Shown piece after piece: positions 7,537 through 21,700 of a DNA stretch of 31,693 nt. A program made the translations under genes and the position numbers. Where the stretch lies: assembly GCA_046539705.1 (NCBI GenBank), contig JBKHGK010000001.1:1-31693 (forward strand). Direction: 5' to 3'. This DNA comes from Candidatus Brocadiia bacterium (lineage in GTDB: Bacteria > Planctomycetota > Brocadiia > SM23-32). How positions within the stretch are numbered: the stretch's first letter is position 1; the number at the start of each line of letters is the position of its first letter. A model generated the notes under the pieces. It made no database searches and was not told where the DNA came from. It saw nothing but the letters and a program-made list of their open reading frames with translations.

Positions 7537-8445
7537 TTATCCGTCTGGCGCCTGTTCGGGCATCGGTTCGGGAGGCTTGGCCCTCTCCCGCAGAAACATC
7601 ACCACCCCAAATACAACGAGTGGCACGCATACGAGCTGCGCCGCGCTCATCCCCAGCCATACTCGTTCGGTGGCCCGTACCATCTCATTGGCATAGCGGG
7701 CAGTTCCATAGAGAATGCAATACAGCCAGGCCACCTCTCCCATCCGCCACTGACGGGGTAGCATGAGCGTGAGAAACAGGAAAATCAAGAAGTTATACCC
7801 CACAGCATATAACTGAGTCGGATGCACCGGCTGAGACCACAGATCGGACGGCTCCACCAGCGGAGGCGTCCGGGTGAGTTGATCAAGAAACGGCAGGCTA
7901 CCGGCGATATGTTTGTCGCCCACGTTGTACACTTCTCTGGCCGCGTTGCCGGGCCTCAAGATACGGGGAAAACGCAATCCGGGCGGGAAGGTGGTGATTC
8001 GCCCGTAGCAACACCCGTTGAGAAAGCACCCTATTCTCCCAAACGTATGGGCCAGCGGGACGACGCTCGCCGCGACGGTGAGGGTGGCCCGGATCGGCAA
8101 CTTGCGGCGAAAGGCCATCAGGAAAAAACCAATCCCACCTCCTATGAGCCCGCCGTAAAAAACCAGTCCTCCCCTGTCTATACGTATAATCTCCAGCGGG
8201 TTGGCTCCAAAACCCGCCTCCTCCCAGAACTGGATGACGTAAAAGAGTCTGGCACCCACGACGCCGCCGAACAGACCGACAACGGCTGAATCGAACAGGG
8301 CCACCGGATCAACCCCCATCCTGGCCGCCCTTCCCCGCCCGATGTAGAGCGCGAGCAGAAAGCCGAGCATAATCATCACACCATAGGAGGCCACTGTCAG
8401 TTCGCCGCCCCACGGCAGCGGAATATCAATCAGATAAGGATACAT
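7537..8445 (-). CDS. lgt: Prolipoprotein diacylglyceryl transferase
   Basis: SYGVMI; GARLFYV; GGLVFYGGLIGG; FGRIGCFLNGCCYG; VHPTQLY; YGTARY..E..R. ATG at 8445 is preferred over 8478. Confidence 0.93.
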   Translation of the reverse strand: MYPYLIDIPLPWGGELTVASYGVMIMLGFLLALYIGRGRAARMGVDPVALFDSAVVGLFGGVVGARLFYVIQFWEEAGFGANPLEIIRIDRGGLVFYGGLIGGGIGFFLMAFRRKLPIRATLTVAASVVPLAHTFGRIGCFLNGCCYGRITTFPPGLRFPRILRPGNAAREVYNVGDKHIAGSLPFLDQLTRTPPLVEPSDLWSQPVHPTQLYAVGYNFLIFLFLTLMLPRQWRMGEVAWLYCILYGTARYANEMVRATERVWLGMSAAQLVCVPLVVFGVVMFLRERAKPPEPMPEQAPDG

Positions 8446-8484
8446 TGGAATACACCCAATCAACGGAAGGGTAGACAAACAGAA

Positions 8485-9354
8485 CTAATTATCCAGGATA
8501 ATATCCTGGCATTCTCCAAGCGGCATATTATCGATCAGGCGTGTCTCCCCCACATAAACGGCAAGGGCAGCGACGGAATCACCGGCAACCTTCTCCACCG
8601 ACTGTAGATCGTCCGGCGAGACGATCTCCAGGTATTCCACCCGGGCCTGAGGATAGTCATCCAGCAGCTCTTGCATGCGCTCTTTGATCGCCTCTGCAGA
8701 CCTCTCACCACCTTGAAAACACCTCTGAGCCTCTCGAAGAGCCCTGTACAGGCAGACGGCCTCCTCGCGCTGAGTGGGCGAAAGATATTCGTTTCGACTG
8801 CTCACCGCCAGGCCGTCGGACTCACGGACAGTGGGGAGAACACAGAGTTCAACGGGGAAATTCAGATCACGGGTCATGCGCCGCAACACAACCGACTGCT
8901 GGAAATCCTTACGCCCGAAAAACGCCCGCTCCGGCTCGCAGATATTGAACAGCTTGGTAACGATCGTCAGAACGCCCCTGAAATGCCCCGGGCGATGTCG
9001 GCCACAGAGCACATCGGTGAGTTGCTCCTGAATCACGAAGGTGGAGTACCCCGCCGGATACATACAGCGTTCCGAGGGCGCAAAAACAGCCTCTGCACCA
9101 TTTTCTTCGGCTTTCCGCACATCCTCCTCAAGCCGCCTGGGATACGCCTCGAGGTCCTCATCCTCACCGAACTGAGTCGGATTCACAAATACGCTGACCA
9201 CAGAACGGTCGCACCGATCATCGCTTCCACGAATCAGATTCAGATGTCCCTCATGAAGGGCGCCCATGGTGGGAACCAGCCCGACCGACAGGCCGGCCTC
9301 ATGCCACCGGCGCACCCGGCTTCTGATTTCGTCCGTCTTTCTGTATACTTCCAC
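8485..9354 (-). CDS. panC: Pantoate--beta-alanine ligase
   Basis: VPTMGALHEGH; SVFVNPTQF; RPGHFRGV; FGRKDFQQ; RESDGLAVSSRN; TRLIDN. Confidence 0.97.
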   Translation of the reverse strand: MEVYRKTDEIRSRVRRWHEAGLSVGLVPTMGALHEGHLNLIRGSDDRCDRSVVSVFVNPTQFGEDEDLEAYPRRLEEDVRKAEENGAEAVFAPSERCMYPAGYSTFVIQEQLTDVLCGRHRPGHFRGVLTIVTKLFNICEPERAFFGRKDFQQSVVLRRMTRDLNFPVELCVLPTVRESDGLAVSSRNEYLSPTQREEAVCLYRALREAQRCFQGGERSAEAIKERMQELLDDYPQARVEYLEIVSPDDLQSVEKVAGDSVAALAVYVGETRLIDNMPLGECQDIILDN

Positions 9355-9432
9355 TACTGTCCTCCGATCTACGACAGCTCATCCACCATTATCGGCACGA
9401 CCGGTCACTCCCGGCACTCAGGGCACTCTGAT

Positions 9433-11289
9433 TTACCCATCATCCTCCGGAAACATCATAGCATCCGCATAGTGCATCTGAAAGTCCGGCCGGTGTGCCA
9501 GTTCTATATAGTCCGCCTCCCGGCTGATCTCGCGGGCCTCCTCACGGCAGGACCGGCACATCAGGGCCACCCGTGCTCCCACCGACGCCGCGTTCCCGAT
9601 AAATTCGATACGATTGCCGGGCATATCTGGCAGCAGTCCGACTCGTTGGGCACTGGATCGACGGATGAAATTGCCGAACCCGCCGGCCACAAGTATTTCC
9701 GGCACTTCGGCGGGTTCGAGGTCAAACTCAGCACATACAACCTGGATCCCTGCCCATATGGCGGCCTTGGCCAGCTGCAGCTCGCGGACATCCTTCTGGG
9801 TGAGAACTATGGGGCCTTCGGTTTTGCTTTCGTGAGCGGGAACAAGCACGACGGCCGGTTCTTCATCCACCGTTACCAGGGCATCACTCAGGCCGCCGGG
9901 GGCGCCACCCGGCAGGTCGTCTCCACCACGTACACGCCCACCGGAATCTATGACCCCTGCGTCCAGCAGCTCCGCCACTGCATCCAGAAGCCCGCTTCCA
10001 CAGATTCCCCTGGCGCGTCCGCCGCCGACCACTCCCACTTCAATCCCCTCGTTGATGACCACTTTGTCGATCGCCCCCTCCGATCCGCGCATGCCGTATT
10101 TGATCCGCGCACCCTCGAAGGCCGGCCCGGCAGCACAGGAGGCAGAAACCAGGCGATCCCGGTTCCCCATTATAATTTCTCCATTGGTCCCGATATCTAT
10201 TGCCAGCCTGATGTCGCTGCTGTGTTTCATCCGAGCAGCAACGGCAACGGCAACGGTATCGCTGCCAACATAACCGGAAATGTTGGGTAACACGTGCAGG
10301 TTCGCCCCGGGATGGACATCGATTCCCACATCTCCCGCCCGGCAGTCCACAGCATCCCGGACAACCGGCACATAGGGGGCATAAGCTATCGGTTCGGGGG
10401 TTACGGCCAGAAGCGTGTGGGTCATAGTGGGATTTCCCACGGCGGTGATCTCATAGATTTCGCCCAGCTCCACTCCCGCCCCGTCGGACAGTTCCAGTAT
10501 AATCTCGTTCATACAGCCGATAAGCCGTCTGTGAAGCTGATCCAGACCATTTTCATGTTCCTCGGCGTACTGGACCCGGCCAACGACGTCATCTCCAAAA
10601 TGCACCTGCGGGTTGGTCCGGCTTGCAACCTCCAGCCGATTGCCGGAGGACAGGTCAAGCAGAGATCCCACGATCGTGGTCGTCCCGATATCAAAGGACA
10701 CACCGAACACTCTGCTGGTGGTGTTTCCCGGCTCAAGGGAAACCACATCGTTTCCCTCCACTGCGGCCGTCACTTTGAAATCGCCATCACGCATCAGCCC
10801 GGGCAAACGACGAATCATCTCCAGATCCAGGCTGATCTCCCCCATTTCCTCCGGGAACGCATCCTGAAGACGGTCAACATCGCTGCGCGGAGCGTCGGAC
10901 CGCGGTTCGCCCACGTCCAGATAGAACTTCCGCACGTTCGGGTTGATATCGAACTGATGTTCTTTCCCCTCGGTAAGGACCACCTGTTCGAAAAAACGAG
11001 TCTCATCCGGCACGGTAATAACCGTATCCCGTTCTATCCGCATCTGGCAGCCGAGCCGCATACCCTCGGCCAGTTCCTCCTCCTCCAGATGTCGTCTGTC
11101 GGCCGGGGTGGGCTCGGGGGCTTCCCCTTTGACCCGCACTCTGCATTTGCCACAGGTTCCCTCTCCCCCACAGGGAGTATTGAGGATAATCCCGGCCTGA
11201 CCGGCGGCCTCAACCACGGTGGTCCCGGTGAGCACAAAAACATTTCGTCCTTCAGGCTGAAAAGTTACTCGAACTGTCTCTCGCGTCAT
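9433..11289 (-). CDS. ASKHA-domain reductive activator of corrinoid proteins (RACo-type, DUF4445) with an N-terminal [2Fe-2S] ferredoxin
   Basis: TPCGGEGTCGKC...RLGCQ; DIGTTT; NPQ..FGDDVVGR; GNPTMTH; SGYVGSD; DIGTNGE; SCAAGPAFEG; GICGSG; QKDVRELQLAK; AGGFG; GNAASVGA. Confidence 0.9.
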   Translation of the reverse strand: MTRETVRVTFQPEGRNVFVLTGTTVVEAAGQAGIILNTPCGGEGTCGKCRVRVKGEAPEPTPADRRHLEEEELAEGMRLGCQMRIERDTVITVPDETRFFEQVVLTEGKEHQFDINPNVRKFYLDVGEPRSDAPRSDVDRLQDAFPEEMGEISLDLEMIRRLPGLMRDGDFKVTAAVEGNDVVSLEPGNTTSRVFGVSFDIGTTTIVGSLLDLSSGNRLEVASRTNPQVHFGDDVVGRVQYAEEHENGLDQLHRRLIGCMNEIILELSDGAGVELGEIYEITAVGNPTMTHTLLAVTPEPIAYAPYVPVVRDAVDCRAGDVGIDVHPGANLHVLPNISGYVGSDTVAVAVAARMKHSSDIRLAIDIGTNGEIIMGNRDRLVSASCAAGPAFEGARIKYGMRGSEGAIDKVVINEGIEVGVVGGGRARGICGSGLLDAVAELLDAGVIDSGGRVRGGDDLPGGAPGGLSDALVTVDEEPAVVLVPAHESKTEGPIVLTQKDVRELQLAKAAIWAGIQVVCAEFDLEPAEVPEILVAGGFGNFIRRSSAQRVGLLPDMPGNRIEFIGNAASVGARVALMCRSCREEAREISREADYIELAHRPDFQMHYADAMMFPEDDG

Positions 11290-11387
11290 TTATCTTTCTC
11301 CTCACTACACGTTATCCCCTGCGACGGCCAACCAGACCCCTCCGATCATTCTGCACGCGGCGGGTCCGCCCACGTGATGATTCGGTT

Positions 11388-13469
11388 TCAGAAACCCATA
11401 TCCAGCGCACCCTCGGGGGCAGGCTGGTACTCGAACGGCTCCATGCTGTAGGTTCCTCTACCCTGGGTAAGAGACCGCAGCTTGCTGGCAAATCCAAACA
11501 GTTCGGCCAGAGGAGCCTCGGCACGGATGACCCGCAGATTATCCCGCGACTCCACCTTATTTATCTCGCCCCGACAGGTGGTGACGTTACTGATCACATC
11601 GCCCATATTATTCTCCGGCACGACGATTTCAAGCCGCATAACCGGCTCGAGCAGCTGAGGTTCTCCTTCTTCCATGGCTTCATTGAGAGCTCGTACGGCG
11701 GCCGCCTCGAATGCCAGTTCCGTTGAATCCACCGGATGTGTTTCCGCATCCAGAAGGACCGCCCGGACGTTGATGAGGGGATAACCGAACAGTGGGCCTG
11801 TGGCTCCCTGGGGCAGCGACCGTTCAATCGCTCGGGCAAAATGCAGCGGTAGCGTATCCTTGCTTACCTGATTATCGAACTCAATGCCTTCCGGCGAATC
11901 GATCGGTTCAAACCGCATTCTCACCCGGGCAAACTGGCCGCGTCCGTCGGCCTCTTTATCAAACGTTTCGGTGACGGTAACTTCCTCTTTCAGGCTTTCA
12001 CGGTAGGAGACCCTGGGTTCTCCCACATTGGCGTCAACATTGAATTCCCGCAGCAGACGGTCGCGAATTATATCAAGGTGAAGCTCCCCCATTCCGCTTA
12101 TGAGCAGCTGACCGGTCTGCTGGGAAACCTCCGCCCGGAACGTGGGATCCTCGCGGGCCAGTTCATCCAGCGCCTCATCAAGTTTATCTTTTTCCGCCTG
12201 GCTGTGGGGCTCGATGGCCATTGAGACCACGGTATTGGGGAACCGCATTCTCTCAAATATTATCGGCTCATGCTTATCACAGAGGCTGTCCCCGGTAACG
12301 GAGTCTTTGAGCCCCTTTGCCGCCACGATGGAGCCCGGGCCGGCTTCGTCCAGTTTTTCCCGGTCATCGGCGTGCATCCGATACAGCTGGGTGACATGCT
12401 CCATCTGCTCCTGATTCGCGTTATAGATCCGCGAACCGGCCTCGAGTGTGCCGCTATACACACGGACATAAAACAGGTCGCCGTGCTTTTCGCTCTGGAT
12501 TTTGAAAACGATACCGCTGAACGGTTCCTCCCTGACGGGAGCTCTCTGGATCTGTTCACCGGTTTTCGGGTGACGCCCGGAGGCCGGCGGGACTTCACTG
12601 GGGGCGGGGAGACAATCGCAGACGGCATCTATGAGCGGCTGAATCCCCTTATTGCGCAGCGCGGCACCACAGAGAACCGGCTGCACATCACCCGATACAC
12701 AGGCCTCCCTCATCGCCTCGAGCAGATCGTTCTCAGAAATATGCTCATCGCCAAGATATTTATCAGCCAGCCAGTCCACCATCTCGGCGAGCGTATCCAC
12801 GATCTGCTCCCGGTATAATTCGACATCCTCCTCGTATTCCGCCGGCACATCTCGGATATCGTATGTGGCCCCCAGCGTGTCCTCCTCATAAAAGAGCGCT
12901 TCCCGGTGTACCAGATCGATAACCCCCCTGAACTCATCCTCCTCGCCGATCGGCAGCTGGACGGGCAGAGGGGTCGCCTCCAGCCGGTCCTCCATATCAG
13001 CCACGGCCCGGAAGAAGTCACTCCCCTGGCGATCGAGCTTGTTGACAAAACATATCCGCGGCACATCATAACGTTCCGCCTGGTGCCAGACTGTCTCGCT
13101 CTGTGCCTCAACTCCGCCCACACCACAGAAGACCACGATCACCCCGTCCAGCACCCGCATGCACCGCTCAACCTCAGCCGTAAAATCAACGTGCCCGGGG
13201 GTGTCAATTATATTGATCTGATGTTTCCTGTCGCGCCGACCGGTCTCCCGATCATCCCTGTTCTGCCAGAAACAGCTTGTGGCGGCGGAGACGATGGTGA
13301 TCCCTCTCTCCTGTTCCTGGGGCTTCCAGTCCATTTTGGCGGTGCCATCATCGACACTGCCGAGCCTGTGAGAGCGACCGGTATAATACAGTATCCTCTC
13401 CGTAACCGTAGTTTTCCCGGCATCAATATGGGCGGCAATACCGATATTTCTGACCTGTTCCAGATCCAT
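11388..13469 (-). CDS. fusA: Elongation factor G
   Basis: [15 protein letters not shown]; QERGITI; DTPGHVDF; NKLD; GMGELHL; GRGQF; TQGRG; located after rpsG. Confidence 0.97.
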   Translation of the reverse strand: MDLEQVRNIGIAAHIDAGKTTVTERILYYTGRSHRLGSVDDGTAKMDWKPQEQERGITIVSAATSCFWQNRDDRETGRRDRKHQINIIDTPGHVDFTAEVERCMRVLDGVIVVFCGVGGVEAQSETVWHQAERYDVPRICFVNKLDRQGSDFFRAVADMEDRLEATPLPVQLPIGEEDEFRGVIDLVHREALFYEEDTLGATYDIRDVPAEYEEDVELYREQIVDTLAEMVDWLADKYLGDEHISENDLLEAMREACVSGDVQPVLCGAALRNKGIQPLIDAVCDCLPAPSEVPPASGRHPKTGEQIQRAPVREEPFSGIVFKIQSEKHGDLFYVRVYSGTLEAGSRIYNANQEQMEHVTQLYRMHADDREKLDEAGPGSIVAAKGLKDSVTGDSLCDKHEPIIFERMRFPNTVVSMAIEPHSQAEKDKLDEALDELAREDPTFRAEVSQQTGQLLISGMGELHLDIIRDRLLREFNVDANVGEPRVSYRESLKEEVTVTETFDKEADGRGQFARVRMRFEPIDSPEGIEFDNQVSKDTLPLHFARAIERSLPQGATGPLFGYPLINVRAVLLDAETHPVDSTELAFEAAAVRALNEAMEEGEPQLLEPVMRLEIVVPENNMGDVISNVTTCRGEINKVESRDNLRVIRAEAPLAELFGFASKLRSLTQGRGTYSMEPFEYQPAPEGALDMGF

Positions 13470-13504
13470 AAAAAGCGTCTGAGCTGAGGGGAAAGAAAGC
13501 GGAC

Positions 13505-13550
13505 AAAAAACAAGCGGACAGACCTGAGGAGATGGCTCAAGCCTGTCCGC
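13505..13550 (-). terminator. Intrinsic-terminator-like hairpin between rpsG and fusA
   Basis: Minus strand GCGGACAGGCTTGAG-CCATCTC-CTCAGGTCTGTCCGC is a 15-bp stem with two G.U pairs, followed by TTGTTTTTT. Confidence 0.65.
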
Positions 13551-13562
13551 AGAGCAGATTGA

Positions 13563-14039
13563 TCAGCGAGAAAAGTGGGAGAAGTCCCTGTTGGCCTCGG
13601 CCATTCGGTGCGTATTTTCCCGTCGCGTGTAGGCCGCACCCTCTTTCCTGTAGGCATCGGTGATTTCCTCGGCCAGTGAGACGTAAGTGGGCTGGCCGTC
13701 AGTACTTGTGGCAGCCTCCAATATCCATCTTATCGCCAGAGATGTCTGCCGTTTGGGAGGCACTTCGGCGGGAACCTGATACGTCATCCCCCCGATTCTG
13801 CGGGAACGGGTTTCGATGACAGGTTTCACGTTATCGAGAGCCTGTTCGAAGGCCTCGAGAGCTCCCACCTCATCCTCCGTCCGGTCGTTGACGATACCCA
13901 TTGCCTTATAGAAGATTTTTTCCGCAACGCTCTTCTTGCCCCCGATCATGAGGCTGTTGATGAACTTCGTCACCAACTTGCTCTCATATCTCGGATCAGG
14001 CTTGAGAAACTGTTCTGTACTGCGAAACTTCAACGCCAT
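13563..14039 (-). CDS. rpsG: 30S ribosomal protein S7
   Basis: PDPRY; GKKSVAE; RRIGGMTYQVP; LAIRWI; THRMAEANR. Confidence 0.98.
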   Translation of the reverse strand: MALKFRSTEQFLKPDPRYESKLVTKFINSLMIGGKKSVAEKIFYKAMGIVNDRTEDEVGALEAFEQALDNVKPVIETRSRRIGGMTYQVPAEVPPKRQTSLAIRWILEAATSTDGQPTYVSLAEEITDAYRKEGAAYTRRENTHRMAEANRDFSHFSR

Positions 14040-14094
14040 CGTCGAAAATCCCTTCTCCTGAACGAATTAGCTTATAAAGTGATGCTCGTGGCAA

Positions 14095-14463
14095 CTACGG
14101 CTTTTTAACGCCATATTTTGAGCGACTTCTCTGTCTTCCCTCGACCCCCATCGCATCCATAGTTCCTCGCACGATATGGTAACGGACGCCCGGAAGATCT
14201 CGCACACGGCCTCCGCGCACCAGCACGATATTATGTTCCTGCAGGTTATGCGATTCACCGGGGATATAGGCCGTTACCTCCCGGCCGTTACTGAGCCGCA
14301 CCCGCGCCACTTTTCGCAGCGCTGAATTCGGTTTCTTCGGGGTGCGCGTCGTCACGTGCAGACAGACGCCCCGTTTCTGAGGACATCCCTCCAGCATGGG
14401 GGAATTCGTTTTCTTGGGCTTTTGCTCTCGTCCTTTGCGAACGAGCTGATTTATCGTAGGCAC
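14095..14463 (-). CDS. rpsL: 30S ribosomal protein S12
   Basis: MPTINQL; [16 protein letters not shown]; [13 protein letters not shown]; RSKYG; GTG start with SD AAGGAGG. Confidence 0.99.
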   Translation of the reverse strand: MPTINQLVRKGREQKPKKTNSPMLEGCPQKRGVCLHVTTRTPKKPNSALRKVARVRLSNGREVTAYIPGESHNLQEHNIVLVRGGRVRDLPGVRYHIVRGTMDAMGVEGRQRSRSKYGVKKP

Positions 14464-14513
14464 TTCTGAACGACCTCCTTATATTTGCATTGCAGTTCCA
14501 TTGGCAACGTATT

Positions 14514-18614
<4,101 letters not shown>

Positions 18615-18758
18615 AGCATGACCTCCCATACGAGCAGGCCCTTGAGGCCCGCTCCGCCGTCGGTTTAAATTGCGGGAAAAGATTGAAACGAAAGTACATC
18701 ATTGCGGGCATGGAGAGTACGCAACACCTGACACCACACCAGTGCTGCCGAATGACGT

Positions 18759-21700
18759 TTAGAAGGACTCCTTCTCCAGCCTGAGATTAAGGCCCAGTCC
18801 TCTGATTTCATTCGCAAGCACCTCAAATGCAACCGGTATTCCGGCCTCCAGCACATTGGTACCTTTGACCATCGATTCGTATATCTTGGTCCGTCCGTCC
18901 ACATCATCGCTTTTGACCGTCAGCAGTTCCTGCAGCACATGAGCGGCACCATACGCTTCAACAGCCCAGACCTCCATCTCCCCGAAGCGCTGGCCACCGT
19001 ACCGGGCCTTGCCACCAAGGGGCTGCTGGGTGATCAGAGAGTAGGGCCCGGTGGCTCGGGCATGCACTTTATCGTCAACCAGGTGGTCGAGTTTCATCAT
19101 GTACATGTAGCCCACGGTCACCCCCTGATCGAACGCCTCGCCGGTCCGCCCGTCATAAACGGTGGCCTTCCCATCCTCAGGAAGACCCGCCTCGCGGAGA
19201 TAATCCCGAATTTCCTCCTCCGACGCCCCGTCAAAGACCGGCGTTATCGCCTCAAAGCCGAGTGTCTTAGCGGCCCAGCTCAGGTGCGTTTCCAGTATCT
19301 GTCCAACGTTCATCCGGCTCGGCACACCAAGCGGATTCAACACCACCTCGACCGGAGTCCCATCGTCCAGAAATGGCATGTCCTCCTCGGGCACTATTTT
19401 GGCAACAACGCCCTTATTACCATGCCGCCCGGCCATTTTATCGCCCACCCCCATTTTCCGTTTGGTCGCCACATAAACACGGACCATCTCCAGCACACCA
19501 CTGGGCAGCTCATCTCCTTTGCTGAGTCGCGTGGTCCGGCTATCACGCTCAGTGCACAGTTCCTGGACCTTCTGAGCAAATGGCTCAAAGGCGGCCCGAG
19601 CCTTCTTCCTCAACCTCTCACCGCTTATCTCGACATCATTCAGGCTGAACTCCTCGGCCATCTCCGCTATGTCGGTCGTGCCGAGCCCCTCCTCCAGGTC
19701 AATAACCTGCTGAGTGGACGCATCAACGACCGGGCCCCCGAGAACCTTTTCCAGCACCTCAAGCGCCTGCCGGAACTGTCCGGCAATCTTCTCGTTGTAT
19801 TCAGCCTCCAGCTCCTCGATCCGATCGTCAACCTCCAGGCGCTCCTCATCGGTGAGCGCGGATCGCCGACTGAACCTTTCGGTATGGACCACAACCCCAT
19901 CCGTCCCACTCGGCACCGTCATGGACTCGTTCCGCACGTCCTCTCCGGCCTTGCCAAAAATCGCGTAAAGGAGCTTCTCCTCCGGTGACAGCTCGCTGCG
20001 GCTTTTCGGCGACACCTTACCGACGAGAATATCGCCGGACTCAACCCACGTACCCTCGCGGATAATCCCATGTGAATCAAGGTTGCCGAGTTGCTCTTCC
20101 GATACGTTCGGGATATCCCGTGTAAACTCTTCTTTGCCCAGCTTGGTCTCGCGGATCTCCGTCTCAAAAGACTCAATATGGACTGACGTGTAGGCGTCGT
20201 CCTTGACCATCTTTTCGCTGATAACAATCGCATCCTCGAAATTATACCCATCCCACGGCATGAACGCACACAACAGGTTCCGCCCAAGGGCCAGTTCCCC
20301 GTTCGCCGTGGCCGGCCCATCGGCGATTATTTCGCCCTCCTCAACTTTCTGACCGCTTTCGACAATTGGGCGCTGATTGTAACACGTGCGCTGATTTAAC
20401 GCCTCAAATTTGGTCAGTGGATATTCATCCTCTTCATCTATTACTATCCGCTCACTGTCAACGTAAGTGACGGTCCCCTCTTTGCGCGATTTAACGGTCA
20501 GCGAGGAGTTCCGGGCCACATCCTTCTCCATCCCCGTCCCCACAAGCGGGGCCTCGGTCTGGAGAAGCGGCACGGCCTGGCGCTGCATGTTCGATCCCAT
20601 CAGAGCCCTGTTCGCGTCGCTGTGTTCCAGAAACGGAATCAGGCTCGCACTCACCCCCACGATCTGCTTCGGGGACACATCCGCATAGTCCACTTCTTCC
20701 AGCGGCACCTCCGTAAAATCGCTTTGATATCTGACCAGCACCTCCTGATCGAGATCCATCTCTTCGATGGGTTTATCGGCCGGTAGGATATACTGACCCG
20801 TCTCTTCATCCGCACGGAGGTAATGCACCTCATCGGTCAGCTCTCCGTCTTTCATCACCCTGTATGGAGTAACGAGAAACCCAAACTGATCGGTCTCAGC
20901 AAATGTTCCCAGGGACGTAATCAGACCGATATTGGTACCCTCCGGAGTTTCGATCGGACAGATGCGACCGTAGTGGGAAATATGCACATCCCGCACGTCA
21001 AAACTTGCCCTCTTCCTGTTCAGCCCCCCCGGCCCCAGCGCGCTCAAACGACGTTCATGGGTCAGCTGGGCAATTGGGTTGGTCTGGTCAACGATCTGCG
21101 ACAGTTCGCTCCGCCCGAAGAAGTAATTCAGCGCAGAGCTGACGGTCTTGGAATTTATAAGACTCTTGGGCGTGAACTCGTCCGGATCCTTCAGGTTGAG
21201 CCTCTCTTCCACCGTCCGGCGCATCTTGAGGAACCCCTTGCGTATCTCGTCCTGCGCCAGTTCACCAATCGTCCGCACGCGCCTGTTCCCGAGATGGTCA
21301 ATATCATCGACGGTGCCTTCTCCAGCCCGAAGGCCTATTACATACTGTATTGCCTCCACCAGATCTTCCGGCCTGAGGGTCTGGTGTTCCAGCGGTATAT
21401 TTTGACCGAATTTCCGATTCATCCGGAACCGCCCGACCTCCCCCAGACGATACCGGTTAGAATCGTAGAACTTCTCCCACAGCATCTCCTTGGCCTTTTC
21501 AAAATTGAACGGCGTGCCCGGCCGCAGATGACCGTACAACTGCTTGACGGCCTGTCGATGGTCCCCGGCATCATCATCCTGCATCGTGTTGATAATCAAC
21601 ATATCCGGGGACTTCTCCACCACCCTGAGTTCCTCCACTCCAGCCTCGGCCAGCTGCTGGGCCTGTTCATCGGTGATCGATTCCCCAGCACTCACCATGG

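Noticed and set aside
8671-10290. 539-aa plus-strand ORF
   Set aside because: It is the antisense shadow of panC and RACo, with no recognisable motifs. Such shadows are expected from codon bias.
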